Source: Macrostomum lignano (taxonomy: Eukaryota). Taken from it: a stretch of 64,000 nucleotides of DNA. Below the pieces are notes generated by a model. It saw only the letters and a list, made by a program, of their open reading frames with translations. It had not been told where the DNA came from and searched no databases. Positions 10,545 through 23,301 of the stretch are shown piece after piece (position 1 is the first letter of the stretch; every line of letters starts with the position of its first letter). The translations under genes and the position numbers were made by a program. The stretch is from positions 152,361 to 216,360 of the forward strand of contig NIVC01001981.1 in NCBI GenBank assembly GCA_002269645.1, given 5' to 3'.

Positions 10545-12776
10545 TTAAGTGATAATTTTTGGCAGCCAAGCTTCAAATTCGATGTCTCGGAAAGTTATGC
10601 TGCGGTTGGTTCTCCACGAAGACACGTCAAAGTATTTCACGTATTCATAGCTGCAGTAGGGGTAACTCAATCGCAAGTAGTTCTCAGTGCTGTTCTCCGT
10701 ACTGTCTGCATCAGTTATGCAATAGCCTTCATTAGGAAATGTGATTTTTATGTCCTCAACGTCCTTTGAGCAGCAGTCTTTCTTTCTGATAAAAGTGATG
10801 GAGCCAAAGTGCTCCGGCTTTCCAAGAAAATACCGCACCGAAACCCCGGCTGGAATGGTGGCGAACGTTTCTGGGTTTGAGTCGGTGGTCTGTCGGCAGA
10901 TGTCGCTTCCAGGTCCTTTTTCTGGACAGGTCAGCTTGGCCTTGCCTGACATTTATTGGAAGAGCAGCTCAATGTAATGAACAGATGTTAAAACTGGAGT
11001 ACAGCCCTCCTGCGAATATGTATTTTAATTATGTACAGGGGCGTCGCCATGAATTTTATGGTGGGGGGGGGACAAAGCCAAGAATTTTACATGTACATAA
11101 CTAAATTCCTACATGTACATTATTTGGAGAATCGGTGTTGTCAGCGCTCATTTTGGCACCGCAGGAACTCATTTTGGCGCCGCAGGCACTCATTTTGGCG
11201 CCGCAGACACTCATCTTGGCGCCGCAGGCACTCATTTTGGCGCCGCAGGCACTCATCTTGGCGCCGCAGGCACTCATCTTGGCGCCGCAGGGGCTATACG
11301 AGTATTTTGGCGCTCTGAAACAAAATTATTGATTTCCATAACGGGTCACAAGGTGGGGGGACAAAAAGCATTCGGCATGTCCCCCATAGGTTTTACTGCA
11401 TGGGGGGGATATGTCCCCCCTGTCCCCCCCTTCTAGGTGCATGGCGACGCCCCTGTTTATGTATTTTTAACAGAATGGCAGATTCAACAATAAATATTGT
11501 GCGCAAACATTTCTACTTTTTTCAAAGAATTGAGGAGATAAAATAAAGCGATCGACTGCCGAAAGTTTTTCACTCGGAACATTAGTTGATCAGTTCAATC
11601 AGAGTTGACTCACGAGCGCAGAACAGACCGTTCACGGCGCGAGAACCGGTCTCACACAGGTCGCACTGTGTCATGCCGGTCTGAAGAGCGAGAGCAAAGT
11701 TCAAGTCGCACTTTTTGCAATCTTTCGCTCCCACGGAGTCCGAATAAGTTCCTGGCGGGCACTCGCTGCATTTCTCCTTTCCGACACCCTTGGTCGAATT
11801 GATGAAATCGCCGGGAGGGCAATTTGGTGGCTGAGCTCTGTAGAGATCGCTGGTAGAGCTGGAGGCGACGAAGTTATCAATTAACAAGACATTTCTTTAT
11901 TTTAACACTGATTGACAAGATGCTATATCTTGACCCTATTATGCTATAGGCTGCCGCATCAATAAATGCAATTTTTATACTACACACTCACAGCTTCAAA
12001 GCTTCAAATTCGATGTCTCGGAAAGTTATGCTGCGGTTGGTTCTCCACGAAGACACGTCAAAATATTTCATTTCTTCATAGCCGCAGTAGGGGTAACTCA
12101 ATCGCAAGTAGTTCTCAGTGCTGTTCTCCGTACTCTCTGCATCAGTTATGCAATAGCCTTCATTAGGAAATGTGATTTTTATGTCCTCAACGTCCTTTGA
12201 GCAGCAGTCTTTCTTTCTGATAAAAGTGATGGAGCCAAAGTGCTCCGGCTTTCCAAGAAAATACCGCACCGAAACCCCGGCTGGAATGGTGGCGAACGTT
12301 TCTGGGTTTGAGTCGGTGGTCTGTCGGCAGATGTCGCTTCCAGGTCCTTTTTCTGGACAGGTCAGCTTGGCCTTGCCTGACATTTATTGGAAGAGCAGCT
12401 CAATGTAATGAACAGATGTTAAAACTGGACCAGATGTTGCTTTGATTGGTCAATTATAAAGGAGTCAACCCAAACAAAACTGACTTACGAGAGCAGAAGA
12501 TGCCGTCTACGGGTCGAGAGCCGGCATCACACAGGTCGCATTCTGTCATGCCGTCTCAACCGCGAGAGCAAAATTCAAGTCGCACTTTTTGCACTCTCTC
12601 GCTCCCACAGAGTCCGAATAAGTTCCTGGCGGGCATTCGCTGCATTTCTCCTTGCCAACCTTTTTGCTGGAGTTGATGAAGCTGCCAGGTTCGCAATTTG
12701 GTGGCTCAGCTCTGCTGGGAAGTCTGCCGCAGCTGGCGGCAGCAAAGATTGCGAATAGACAAAGTAAAGCTTGCAT
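10545..12776 (-). CDS. Secreted protein: signal peptide + [Cys-rich GCC2/GCC3-TNFR-like repeat + divergent F-type lectin domain] x2; 1-bp frameshift near 12553
   Basis: Exons 12776-12489, 12376-11992, 11837-11614 and 10945-10545 are all GT-AG and phase compatible (1,2,1). Motifs: MQALLCLFAIFAAASC; CSECPPGTYSDSVGA.C..C; TDSNPET...SITFIRKKDCC...IEFEA. Alternatively two tandem paralogues. Confidence 0.7.
11036..11455. mobile_element. hAT-type MITE with a short internal 21-bp repeat array
   Basis: TIR CAGGGGCGTCGCCATG / CATGGCGACGCCCCTG. TSD ATTATGTA / TTTATGTA (7/8). About 7 copies of CATTTTGGCGCCGCAGGCACT. Confidence 0.9.
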
Positions 12777-13703
12777 TCTCAGCACAAAAGTATGAGCAAA
12801 TTATGGCACGGCTCGATTGCAAAAGAACTGAAAATGTCTGAAATAGATCTAAATTTGCTATTTTTCCTCTGCGTGCTATGGGTAAAGTTTTTTACCTCTG
12901 CATGCATGCCTCTAATTTCTGCGGGAAAGATATTTCTGAGTTAACTCAATCAGCAGGAATGCCAGACCATTTTCCTCCCGGTGGCACAACCAAAATAGGG
13001 AGAACATAATCTGGATAATTCCCCAAATTCCGAGCCGAAAAAAAAAACAAGTTACCAGACCTCTAAACCGACCAGATATTCAACGATAATGCCAAGTCGG
13101 ATTTTCTCATAAGTGCTTCCCACAAGGGCTTTTACGAGCAGCACCAGGGTCGCGGACCTCCCGATTACGGCAGCTTGAAACTTGACAAACTTGGAACTTT
13201 GAGACTGGGAGATGTCAATTTAGGCACGCGAAGGTGTATTCAGCAGGCCTGTGAAGTATGAGACAGACTAGGCCTATGGGCTACGGTCTGCAATGCCTCA
13301 CGCCTGCCCCCATCTTCAGCAGGTTAAGGCTGGTGGGAGGTCTGTACCCTCTATTTGCCGCTGGCAGCCGCAGACCCCCCCCCACGCTGTCTCGCAAGTC
13401 GACCCAGGGTACTCGTCCCCGCGTGTGTTCAAGGCAGACCCTAGGGCTGCTGGACAGACTGGGCTCCGACGCTGGCGACCCATCCAGTGGCTTCGGCCGA
13501 ACTTGGGTATGCGGGTCTGGCTCGCCAGCCTACAGGCCGTGGTACTGCTTAACGTACCCCCTAATGCCTAAGGTGTTTGACCGTGCCAATGGGCTGGAAG
13601 ACCGGGGGGGGGGGTAGTCCGGTCGCTAGCGGTCCTTTTTCTTTTTCTTTTTCTTTTTCCTCCTTTCTTTTGTGACTCAGCTCACTCCTTCCCGCTTTCA
13701 GCT

Positions 13704-15162
13704 ATGGCATCCTCCGCCTCTAATCCTCCCGCTGAAGCCGGGACCAGGGCAACTTCGGCCGGTAAATCTGGCGCCAGCGTCGCCCCACCGGGGGTAGATG
13801 GGCTCGCCGCCGGCTCGTCCGGTGACATGCCCGCATGCGCACCCGGGCCCTCCGCGGAGGCCCGACGTGCCCGCAACCAACGCCGCAACGAGCGGCGACG
13901 GCGACTACTGGATACTGTGGGCCGGCCACCGGCGGAGGGGGGAACCTAGGGAGGGCGAGGCTGCTGTTGGGCCGAAAGAAACCAGAGCAACCCCTGACCC
14001 TCAGGATACAACCCCCGCTGGTGAGCCACCCAGTAAACCTGCTACCAGCGCGGCCGGGCCTTCGGGGACCGCCGCCACCAACTACGCCTCAAAGGTCAAG
14101 CTCCAACCGGTGGTCATCGTCTTCGGGGAAGAGCACGACCTCACGGCCGATGAGCTCGACAGTGCCTGGCGCACCATTGATGCTGCGCTCATTGACCAGC
14201 TCCTGGCAGGCCGCCCTGTGAGCGTGGTCAAATCTGCCAAAACCGACGGCTGCATCTTCATCTGGTGCAACTCGAAGGAGAGTCTACGCGAGCTTCTGCC
14301 AAAGTTGAACTGGCCCAAGAAGCTCGGCAAGCTCGTCTTTGCCAGTGAGGGCGAGCGACAAAAGACCCAGCGCTTTCGCGTCTGGATCCCGGCCGGCAGT
14401 GCCATTAAGTCCGGAGATCAGCTTAGGCAGATCCTGCTAAAGCTGCACCCTGACCTCGAGGTCAACGGGCTCCTGCACCACGCCACTTCCCGCAAGGAGA
14501 AGGGGGCCACGGTGATCCTAGGGCTCTCTGACGCCTGGGCTAAGCGCTTGCCGCCTAAGTCCACAATCCACCTTGGTCTGACTCAGCTGACCATCCTCCG
14601 CTGCGAGGAGGGGAAAGCTGACGAAGCCAAGCATGCTGAGGCTTCCGAAACCGGAACTGGGGCCCAGGCTCCTCCGGCAAGAGAAGCTGAGGCAAACGGC
14701 TGACTTCAGCCCGGTAAAGCATCCGCGCTGCTGAAACCGGCAATCGCGACCAGCAGACCTGCTAGGAGCACCCGGAGGTCCGGTCTGATCCAGCGCGCGC
14801 TGGACCAGGCCAAGAGCCTCCGGGCGTATCGTGAGCAGGCCCGCTCTTCTCGCGCTCCACCCCAACAGCCAGAAGGCCCGGCCGTTGGTGGGGAGGCGCC
14901 GACCGACTGGTTCGAGTCTTCGACTCACCAGGAGGCTGGTGCCACCCGCATCGACCTGACCGACGAGGCGGAGGGGACGGGCAGTAACAGCACCGAAGCA
15001 CGCAGGGGAGGCGACGGTAACGTCCACGCTGGGCTCATGCCCGCGGAGGACTCCGCAGCCACCCTAACTGCCGAGGACGCTGAAAACTCCCATGGAGGTC
15101 TGTGGGCTAACCACCCTGAAAAGGAGGAGGATAACCTGCTCAACGATTCCCCAACTGCATGA
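13704..15162 (+). pseudogene. LINE ORF1 (gag-like), split over several frames
   Basis: MASSASNPP... stops at 13949. A globular core lies in another frame (to 14703). An acidic tail ends in a TGA overlapping the ORF2 ATG (ATGA at 15159-15162). Confidence 0.65.
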
Positions 15163-18100
15163 TAATGATTAGCAGCCAGGGAATTAATTGCTTGCAGATT
15201 AATCTGCAACACTGCGTCGAAGCCTCGGTCAACCTTATGCGTTACGCCGAGCTCGACACGCCGGGGCTCATCCTCGTCCAGGAACCCTGGACTCTTAGAG
15301 GTCAGCCTCAGAACGCCCCTGCCGGCTATAACTGTTTTTATACTTACCCTCGCGAGGCCAACCAGCCTCCCAGAGCTTGCATCTTTGCGAGCAAAACGCT
15401 CAGTGCGTGGCTCAGATCGGACCTGTCTAACAGGGACATCTGCGTCATCCAATCCGAGGACCTCCTTCCTGGGAAGACCACCCTCATAGCCTCGGTCTAC
15501 CTACCAGGCGATGCTGCGGTCATCCCCAGAGCCCTCGCTACGCTGGTCGAGCTCTGCTCTGCCAAAAACTACGAGCTCATGGTTGCCGGCGACATCAACG
15601 CCCACCATACTCACTGGGGCAGCACCGGTATTAATCAGAGGGGCGAAGACCTCCTAGCCTACGTTGCCTCTGCAACTCTGGGTCCACCCCTACTTTTGAC
15701 AACGGACGCCACGCTCGCAACACCCAGACTCTACCAGAGTACTGGGGCGTGGTGGGTGCTTCCAGCGTCCTCACTCTCTGATCACAATTTCATTTCCTTC
15801 AACCTGATGGCCGCGCGTAGCGCAACTCGTGTTACGTCGAGACGGAACGCCAGAAACACTGATTGGGAAACCTTCGGGCTCACTCTAAAGGAATTCCATC
15901 GATCTCCTGGCCAACCATTCACGATCACGTCATGCCAAGAAGCGGATGAGTGCGCGACTGTGTTGACAGAAACGCTAACCGCCGCCTTTGAGGCATCCTG
16001 CCCTTTAAAAGCCTATAAGGGGAAAAAATCCGCGCCGTGGTGAAATCCCGAGCTCGGCAACCTCCGTCGCAGAGCTAAGAGACTCCACCGCAGAGCTACT
16101 AAAACTAAGAGCCCAGCGGACCAAACCGCCTATCATGAAGCAATCCATGAGTTTAAAAGGCAGGTTAGGAATGTGAAAGCACTTACGCTGGACAAAATGT
16201 CTAACCTTTCCTCGGTGAAACGCACCGACGGTACGTCCACGGACAACCCAGGGGAAACGCTTGATGTAATGCTCACTGCGTTTTTCCCCAACGAGCCAGC
16301 TAACCCGACCACTCCGGATCACTCGGAGGAAGGTCACGCCCTAGCTGCCTCTATCATCACGGAGGACCGCATCGTGAGAGCGGCTAACTCCTTCAAACCT
16401 TTCAAAGCCCCAGGACCCGACGGCATCGTACCTGCCCTTCTAAGAGAGGCGGTTAAATGCACAGGCTTCCTGCGTAAACTTTGCAGTCTTCTTTGGGCGT
16501 GCATCACGCTTGGTTATGTCCCGCAGGCATGGACGGAGGCAAAGGTGATTTTTATCCCTAAGCCAGGCCACCCGGACTACCATTCTATCAAATCCTTCAG
16601 ACCGATCAGTCTGACCTCCTCCCTGGTCAATCTGATGGAGAGACTGGTGCTGTGGCGCCTTCTTTCCGTAGAGCTGAAGAACAAGCCTCTCAGCGAGAAC
16701 CAGCACGCCTTTCGGGCGGGTCGCTCCACTGAAAGCGCGCGGCACGTCCTGGTCGATAAACTTGAGAATGCCGTGCTTGGTAGCGGCTTCGCTCTGGGAA
16801 TCTTCCTGGACATCATTGGCGCCTTTGATAACGTCCTCTTCGAGGCGTTCCGAAGAGCTCTTTGTGAGAGGCAAACGCACTCACATCCCACCAGATGGAT
16901 CATGTACATGATCAGCCATCGCACGGCCACCGCCAGTCTGCTGGGCTACAAGAGGACGGTTCCCGTCTGCAAAGGTATCCCGCAAGGTGGGGTGCTGTTT
17001 ACAGTTCTCTGGAACATGTTCATCGATGAGCTCCTTCGGGATGCTCGGCCTGACCCCATTCTGAAAGTTGGATATGCGGACGATGTCACCGCAGTGGCAT
17101 CTGGTCCGTCCCCTGACGTTCAAGCTCGGTGCTTGGTGGTGCTTGACGTTCAAGCTAAAGCCAAGAGGGCCCTCGCAGTCCTCGCACAACTGCGCAGGGC
17201 TGTCGGCACCACCTGGGGGCTTACCCCCAAGCGCCTCTGGTGGATCTACACTGCAATGGTTAGGCCTGCTATCTCGTATGGCGGCCTGATCTGGGCTAGC
17301 GCTCTGCAGATGAAGACCTGCCTGAAGGCTCTCAGGAGAGCGCAAGGGCGCGCATGCCGCATGATCATGAGCGCCCCCCGTCCTTACGATGGCCTCAACG
17401 CCTTCCTCAACATTCCCCCACTAGATATCTTTGTCCGCAGGGAAGCGGCTAAGACTGCCCGCCGTCTAGCTTACGCTGGCATTCGTATCCTGCCCCATAG
17501 GGTCGTGGCTAAGCGCAAGCTCCTGCCTCAGGCCGACCTCTGCCTTAAAGACTTGAGAGACAGCGGCGGGCTCCACGTCTTACCTGACGGTGAACCCCGC
17601 ACTCTCAACCTCCTTCAGCGCTACAAGCTCACCATCCCCTCTAGGGATGCTGCCAATGACCTCTGGAATTCCCAGGAGGTCCATTGCTACACGGACGGTT
17701 CCATCAAAGACGGCCACGCCGGCTTTGGGTCTGCATCATCATCAGCGACCGCGTCATTGCCACGCATACCCAGCACACTGGCGGACTCTCCACAGTCTTC
17801 CAGAACAAAGTCCTTGCCATCAGCTCCTGCGCTGCAGAGCTGAACGCCAAGGGTACGAGAGGAAAGACTATTGTCATCCAATCCGATAGCCAAGCGGCCT
17901 TACAGGCCCTTTGCCACACCACAACGAACTCCCGGACAGTCGCCGACTGCGTCCGGCAGCTCAACCTCCTGGCCAGTAGCAATACTGCCAGGCTGAAGTG
18001 GATCCCAGGGCACGCAGGGTTTCCGGGGAACGAGCTGGCAGACACCCTCGCCAAGAGGGGCGGCTCTGGCTCTTTCTTCGGCCCCCCTGGTCCCTATGCC

Positions 18101-18563
18101 CTTGAGAGTCATCAATCGTCAGATCGACGACTGGGCTGACTCCCTCCACAGGAACAGATGGGCGGGCACCCAAAACTGCCGGCAATCTCGTGCCGCGGTT
18201 CCCTGCCCGTCTCGCAGGCTCAGTAACATCCTTCTGAACCAGAATCGGAAGGATATCCGAGCCCTTGTCATGACCCTTACTGGCCATGGCTACCTCGCCA
18301 GGCACTGCTTTCTCCGAGGTGACCTCGAGAGCGAACTTTGCCCCTTTTGCGAGTACGACAATGAAGATGCTCAGCACTTTGTTTGTCACTGCCCCTTCTT
18401 TAACAAAGACCAGCTACGCTACCTCGGGCCGAACCCGTCCATTGACGAGGTCTGCCAGCCCGACAGCATCCCACGGCTCATCCAGTTCCTTCGGGCGACT
18501 AGACGAGCCAGTTTCTTTCCAACGGAAGATCACGCTGCAGGACGGACCGGCGGACCACCCTGA
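15159..18563 (+). pseudogene. LINE ORF2 (APE-RT-RNase H-zinc knuckle), inactivated
   Basis: In-frame nonsense APW*NPEL at 16041 (conserved PWW). The RT segment after YADD is deleted. Frameshifts occur at both edges of RNase H (about 17730 and 18090). Confidence 0.9.
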
Positions 18564-20513
18564 CCGGCCCCACGCCTCTGCCTGTCTGCGGGCCTTCAGG
18601 GGCTGGCGGAATGGGCGACCCTCGCCTCCCCGCTGTGTCTACGGACCACCCTGCAGCTGAGTCAAAGTAAGTCAAGGTGTCAATTTAGAATAGAAGGAAT
18701 TCCAAATCCAGCCATCAAAGATTTTCCGTGTAATATCCTTTTTCGTCATGCTTGGCAAAGATGAGTAGCCAATTTATTGAGGCGAAGGTTGCAGTGGACC
18801 GACCGAAAGCGAGGAGCATGAAGTTTCAAGTTCATATCAGATCAAGTTCATATCAGAGTAAGTCTATGTGTGATCTCTTGAAACTAGGCTCCGATATAGT
18901 TCTGCATCAGCACTTATATCTGTCGCGACGAGTTGACACTATTCCAGGCCAAAAGCGAGCCAGTACACATACATTTATTTTCTGGGAGTTCAGTATTGTT
19001 CTATAAGTAGTGCACTCAGCGGTTTATACAAGCTCGACAGTAAATGAACCTATTGCAAAAGAGTCCTCTCTCTATCCTTGCATATATGATAAATGCGATT
19101 GAAGTCAATACTGTCATTGCTAAGATTTCTGCTCATACTCGCTGATTTTGCACTCTGATCCTCAGCTTCTATTCCATGCCCTGCAACAGGCGCACTCTCT
19201 ACTTACTTCATACCACGACTCGATCATGACAAGTAAGAAAATAGGCAGAATGGCTAATGCCCTGAACTGCTGGCCCTGACCTTGGCCCATGAAGTTTGGT
19301 TTATTATTTAAGTGAAAATAGAAATTAGAAAATGGTGAGCAAAAAGGGGGTGGAGACCTGCAGCTGGCTGACAATACCAAGGACAGTGCAAAAGATGAAA
19401 ATACCTTAACAGACACGGTCGACAGGCAGGGTTGCATGGTGCGGTGGTTGTCGAATGGTCACGGCGGAGGCTGCAGTCACGGACGATCCATGCCAGAAGC
19501 CTCGGATTGGGGTCGCAATAAAAGATGGGGAGGTTTGGTCTCGCGGGAAAACAGAACAACACAAGGGACGGAAAGAGTAAAACGAGTACAGGTCCCGAAC
19601 CAGGGGAGCTCGAGGAGAAAAAGTAGAAGAGCAACGATGAACCGATGGTGCTCAAAAAGAGCTTCTATTTTAGCCCTGAGACCACGTGACACGCGATCAC
19701 GTGAGAAATCTGTACGATATTGAAGGCCGTGACCTGTCCTTGACCCCGTTGCCAAGCAACCCTGATGACGTCGCCAGACAGCTGCGATGTGATTGGATAA
19801 GAAATTGGGGTGGAGCGAAGCGGAGAAAATGATTTTATGATGGGGATTACGTAACAGGCGGGAAAAAGCTTGGGGAAATAGGGAGGGGGTCATAAATATT
19901 TCACAGCATGAATGATGTCGAGCAATAGAAAGGAGGTGGGTTTGCTGATTGGGGGAGTGGGTAGGTGATAAGCATGACTCAACCTAATGAGCCATCACGG
20001 GGGGAGCACAGGTATCACAGGGGAGTAAGGGATGTGGGGAAAAATTGGTGGGGAGGCCCAGGACGTGTCTACATCACATTCATATACGTACTGTGCCTGT
20101 GTGTGTAAGGAAATAAAATTAACATTGAATCTTTACTTTCCTAAACGAAAAGCTCTAGGAAAGGCAAGACAATCAACAGATGAACAATAGATCTCAATTC
20201 TATCAAAAGCTATGGCAACTTTTGTTCTGAAAAATGAATTGAAAAGCTCATATCTCCGTAATGTATTTTTCGGTAAAACCTGCCTCCAAAACTTTTTCGA
20301 GAAACGTAGTTTTCTGGCCTTCTACTTGAGTAGTCTTTCGTTCGAACGGGTTGGAGGCAGAGGATTAGCTTCGTTCGGATTAGCTAATTTCTAAATTTTA
20401 ATTTTAAAATTCTCCCTGTTAGTTTCTCACCGGCTTCTCTTAGCTATGGACCCAGCTGCTGACCATCTGACCGGAGTGAAAGTCCAGAGCTCTAGGCGAT
20501 CAGTTTTTGCACT

Positions 20514-20648
20514 CCTAGATCCTAGATCTCAGATCCTAGATCCCAGATCCTAGATCCCAGATCCTAGATCCCAGATCCTAGATCCCAGATCCTAGATCCC
20601 AGATCCTAGATCCCAGATCCTAGATCCCAGATCCTAGATCCCAGATCT
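20514..20648. repeat. 14-bp minisatellite
   Basis: (CCTAGATCCCAGAT)n, about 9-10 copies. Confidence 0.95.
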
Positions 20649-21346
20649 TATGGATCCTGAGATACTAACGCAGCACAGTTAAACCAAGCATGCAGTGTAA
20701 AGTAAAGTCCAAAGATATAATATTTCATATAACTGTCTTGCCTATTCATTGGGTGTGACTATGACTGGGTGTGCCTATTCATTGGGCGAAGTTTTTTTAA
20801 CTGCTCAAGCATAATTCTACACTGTATTTCGGACCATTAATGTATGATAGTTTTATAACTGCAAGCGCATATGTACAGTTCCACCAATGACCGCCTAAAA
20901 GTTTTATGATGACTGGGACCCACATCAAATTATAATTGACTCCAATGAGGCTGAGAGGCGAAGTACTGCTTCATGCAGCATTAATCCTCAAACTCATCCC
21001 TTACTGTGTCCACCCACATTTTTGATGCATAAAAACTAACTGATACATGTAGGAATGTATCCCACTGCGTGACGGATGTACATGTAGGAATTTGCCACGC
21101 AGAGACAAATCAATTAATTTAGTCACTAGAACCAATAGAAAACAACAGTGGGAAGGAAAATTTTCTGTTTGATCCTCCGTTCCCATGACAACGTGGGAAA
21201 TAGATTTTTGCACATCCCAAAACAGTTGAAACTGCTACAAATACAATACGTGCATGCGATCGAAAGAGACAGCAAAAATTTCACACCGCCTGTTGGTCAG
21301 CAACTCAGTCGCACAGCCAACTTCTAATTCTGGCCTAGTGCTAGTG

Positions 21347-22650
21347 ATGAAGACAATTCTCCATTTCTTATCGGCACTGCTGACTTCTGCTCTGGTGAGC
21401 AGCGCGGCCAGATTCGAGCTGCAGCTAGGAGCCACGAGCAACGGAACTCATCCCTTTGCGTTTGAAGTCGCGCAAAGCTTCAGCCAGCGCCACTGTGCCG
21501 AGCTGTGCTCACAAATAGCCGAGTGCTTCGGTTTCTACTCGGCGCAGAACAAAGCGGGACCCTGCGGACTCTTCAACGCGTCCGCCTTCTACTGGAAGAG
21601 CTCGTGGATATCCGCTGGGTGGGAGCAGCAGCTGCAGGAAGTCTTCTTGCTTGTGATTGGTGAGTCTCATAGTTTGGGAAGCGTTGATAAGTCTTCCTCC
21701 AGAGAACTGTTGCGATCACCTGCGTAAGAACAGCTCGGATGGCTCCAAAACTGTTGAGGTTATACAATATCGGAGCCTAACCTGATGAATTGCGCTAGAT
21801 ATCAGTCCAGTTCCCGTGCGTCCATGATTGCTTATAGTATACCCATTAAATTTTAAGACAGTTAATTTCCACGGCTTTGAAGACAATTGTTCTTTTGTGA
21901 AGACTTATTTTGTATAAAATCGGTCGATGTTCTAAGTTCTCTGTCTAAAGCGTCCTGCGCCAAATTAAGGATATCGCTGAACTAACTTGGGGTTCCAAGC
22001 TGATTTAAGCTGCTACCAAGCTGAAAACAGAGCAAATGGACAAATAAAATTAAGCTAAGGTCAAAGCATAGGCGAACCACAGGCGGGAAAAACCATCCAC
22101 AACAGAAGCTACAACTACATGTAGAATTGCACGCACAGTATAAGAGGCGCAGCGAAGACTTGCAAGTGCTTACAGAAATGTACGCTCGTATTTGCACCTT
22201 ACAACAGCTGTGAAAAGTAACCAACAGCAAATATCCATTTTAGACTTCAATATTCAGAAGCTTACAATGTCCAGTTGCAATCAGACTTCGACAGCAGGAA
22301 CAGCGGAATGCGGTCGAGCTCTCGATGGAAACAAAGACCAAGTGTACGATGGAGGATCCTGCACTCACACTCTGCAAGAGCCTAACCAATGGTGGCAGGC
22401 TGAATTCCATCGACCGTCGATTGTCACGCACGTTGTCATCTACAACAGACAGGAGTGCTGCAGAGAGCGACTTAACAGCTTCGCTCTGCTGGTGAACAAC
22501 GCTGTGTGCGCTACGGTTAACCTCACAACTTCATTCTTGGTAGGCAACTTCTCCTGCTGGGGCGCCGGCACCAGCATCCGCTTGGAGAGTCACCTGTTTG
22601 ACGCAGTCACACTGTGCGAGTTCGAGGCCTTCGGCGTCCACTTTCCCTGA
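21347..22650 (+). CDS. Secreted PAN/apple-domain + F-type lectin (fucolectin) protein, 2 exons
   Basis: Exon 21347-21659 encodes signal peptide MKTILHFLSALLTSALVSS and PAN-like CAELCSQIAECFGF...C, with donor GTGAGT. Exon 22244-22650 encodes RALDGN...SCTHT...WWQ...IYNRQECCRERL...LCEFEAFG. The phase-1 junction is compatible. Confidence 0.85.
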
Positions 22651-23301
22651 TCAAATGGCCACGATGACGCCATCAACATAAAAGGATCAAGATTTGCGGA
22701 ATTCAACTTCTGACGAAAACAAGCCTCTAATTTCTATTTACAAAGATTATATGATTAATCTCTGACTTGAATGTAATTGTCAATTCACCCGATTAGTGGC
22801 CGTCAGCTGATATTAACCGAAGTGACAGGAACAAAATTTACTTGTTACAATTCGCAACCACCTAAAATATGCTTTAAACATTAATGACGCAATCTTTGCA
22901 TATTTTTGTTGTCTAAAGATTATGCTTTAGCTTTGCTTTTTGTTCCTGTTTTTCATTATTTTTATTTTTAATCCTGCATCCTCTTTGCAAGTATATGCAT
23001 AGAGCGTGTCAGCCATTGCCGTACTCTTAGCTGATATTGTATTTTTGAGTTCGAGTTGGATAGTAAAATAATACTTTTTTTATTCGTTACGAGTTCTGCC
23101 GAAAATCGAAATTTATTCGCATTTTGAAGTTCCTAATCCTTTATCAGAATAAGTACTAATTTTATCAGGATATTTTCTTTTGAGCTTTTAGGTAACCTAC
23201 GTCTCTATCTCAGATCTACGAATCTACGAATAGAATTAAATTTAATTTTACTCATTCTCAAAACAAAAATAAGTAATGAATTACCTGAAGACTCTCAGGA
23301 G

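Larger units (their letters stand above)
13224..18677 (+). mobile_element. Full-length, decayed non-LTR retrotransposon with RNase H (I/R1/LOA group, Lian/LOA-like)
   Basis: 11-bp TSD TGTCAATTTAG at 13213-13223 and 18678-18688. ORF1 lacks a zinc knuckle. ORF2 carries APE (QEPW, GDINAHH, SDH), RT (PGPDG, GAFDNV, PQGG, YADD), RNase H (YTDGS, SDSQAAL, WIPGHAG..GNELAD) and CX2CX8HX4C. Confidence 0.93.

Noticed and set aside
19160-20060. Purine-skewed region with a minus-strand ORF faintly like a Penelope GIY-YIG tail; similar composition at 41690-42560
   Set aside because: No GIY/YIG motifs, RT or hammerhead core could be confirmed; similarity is too weak without an HMM search.
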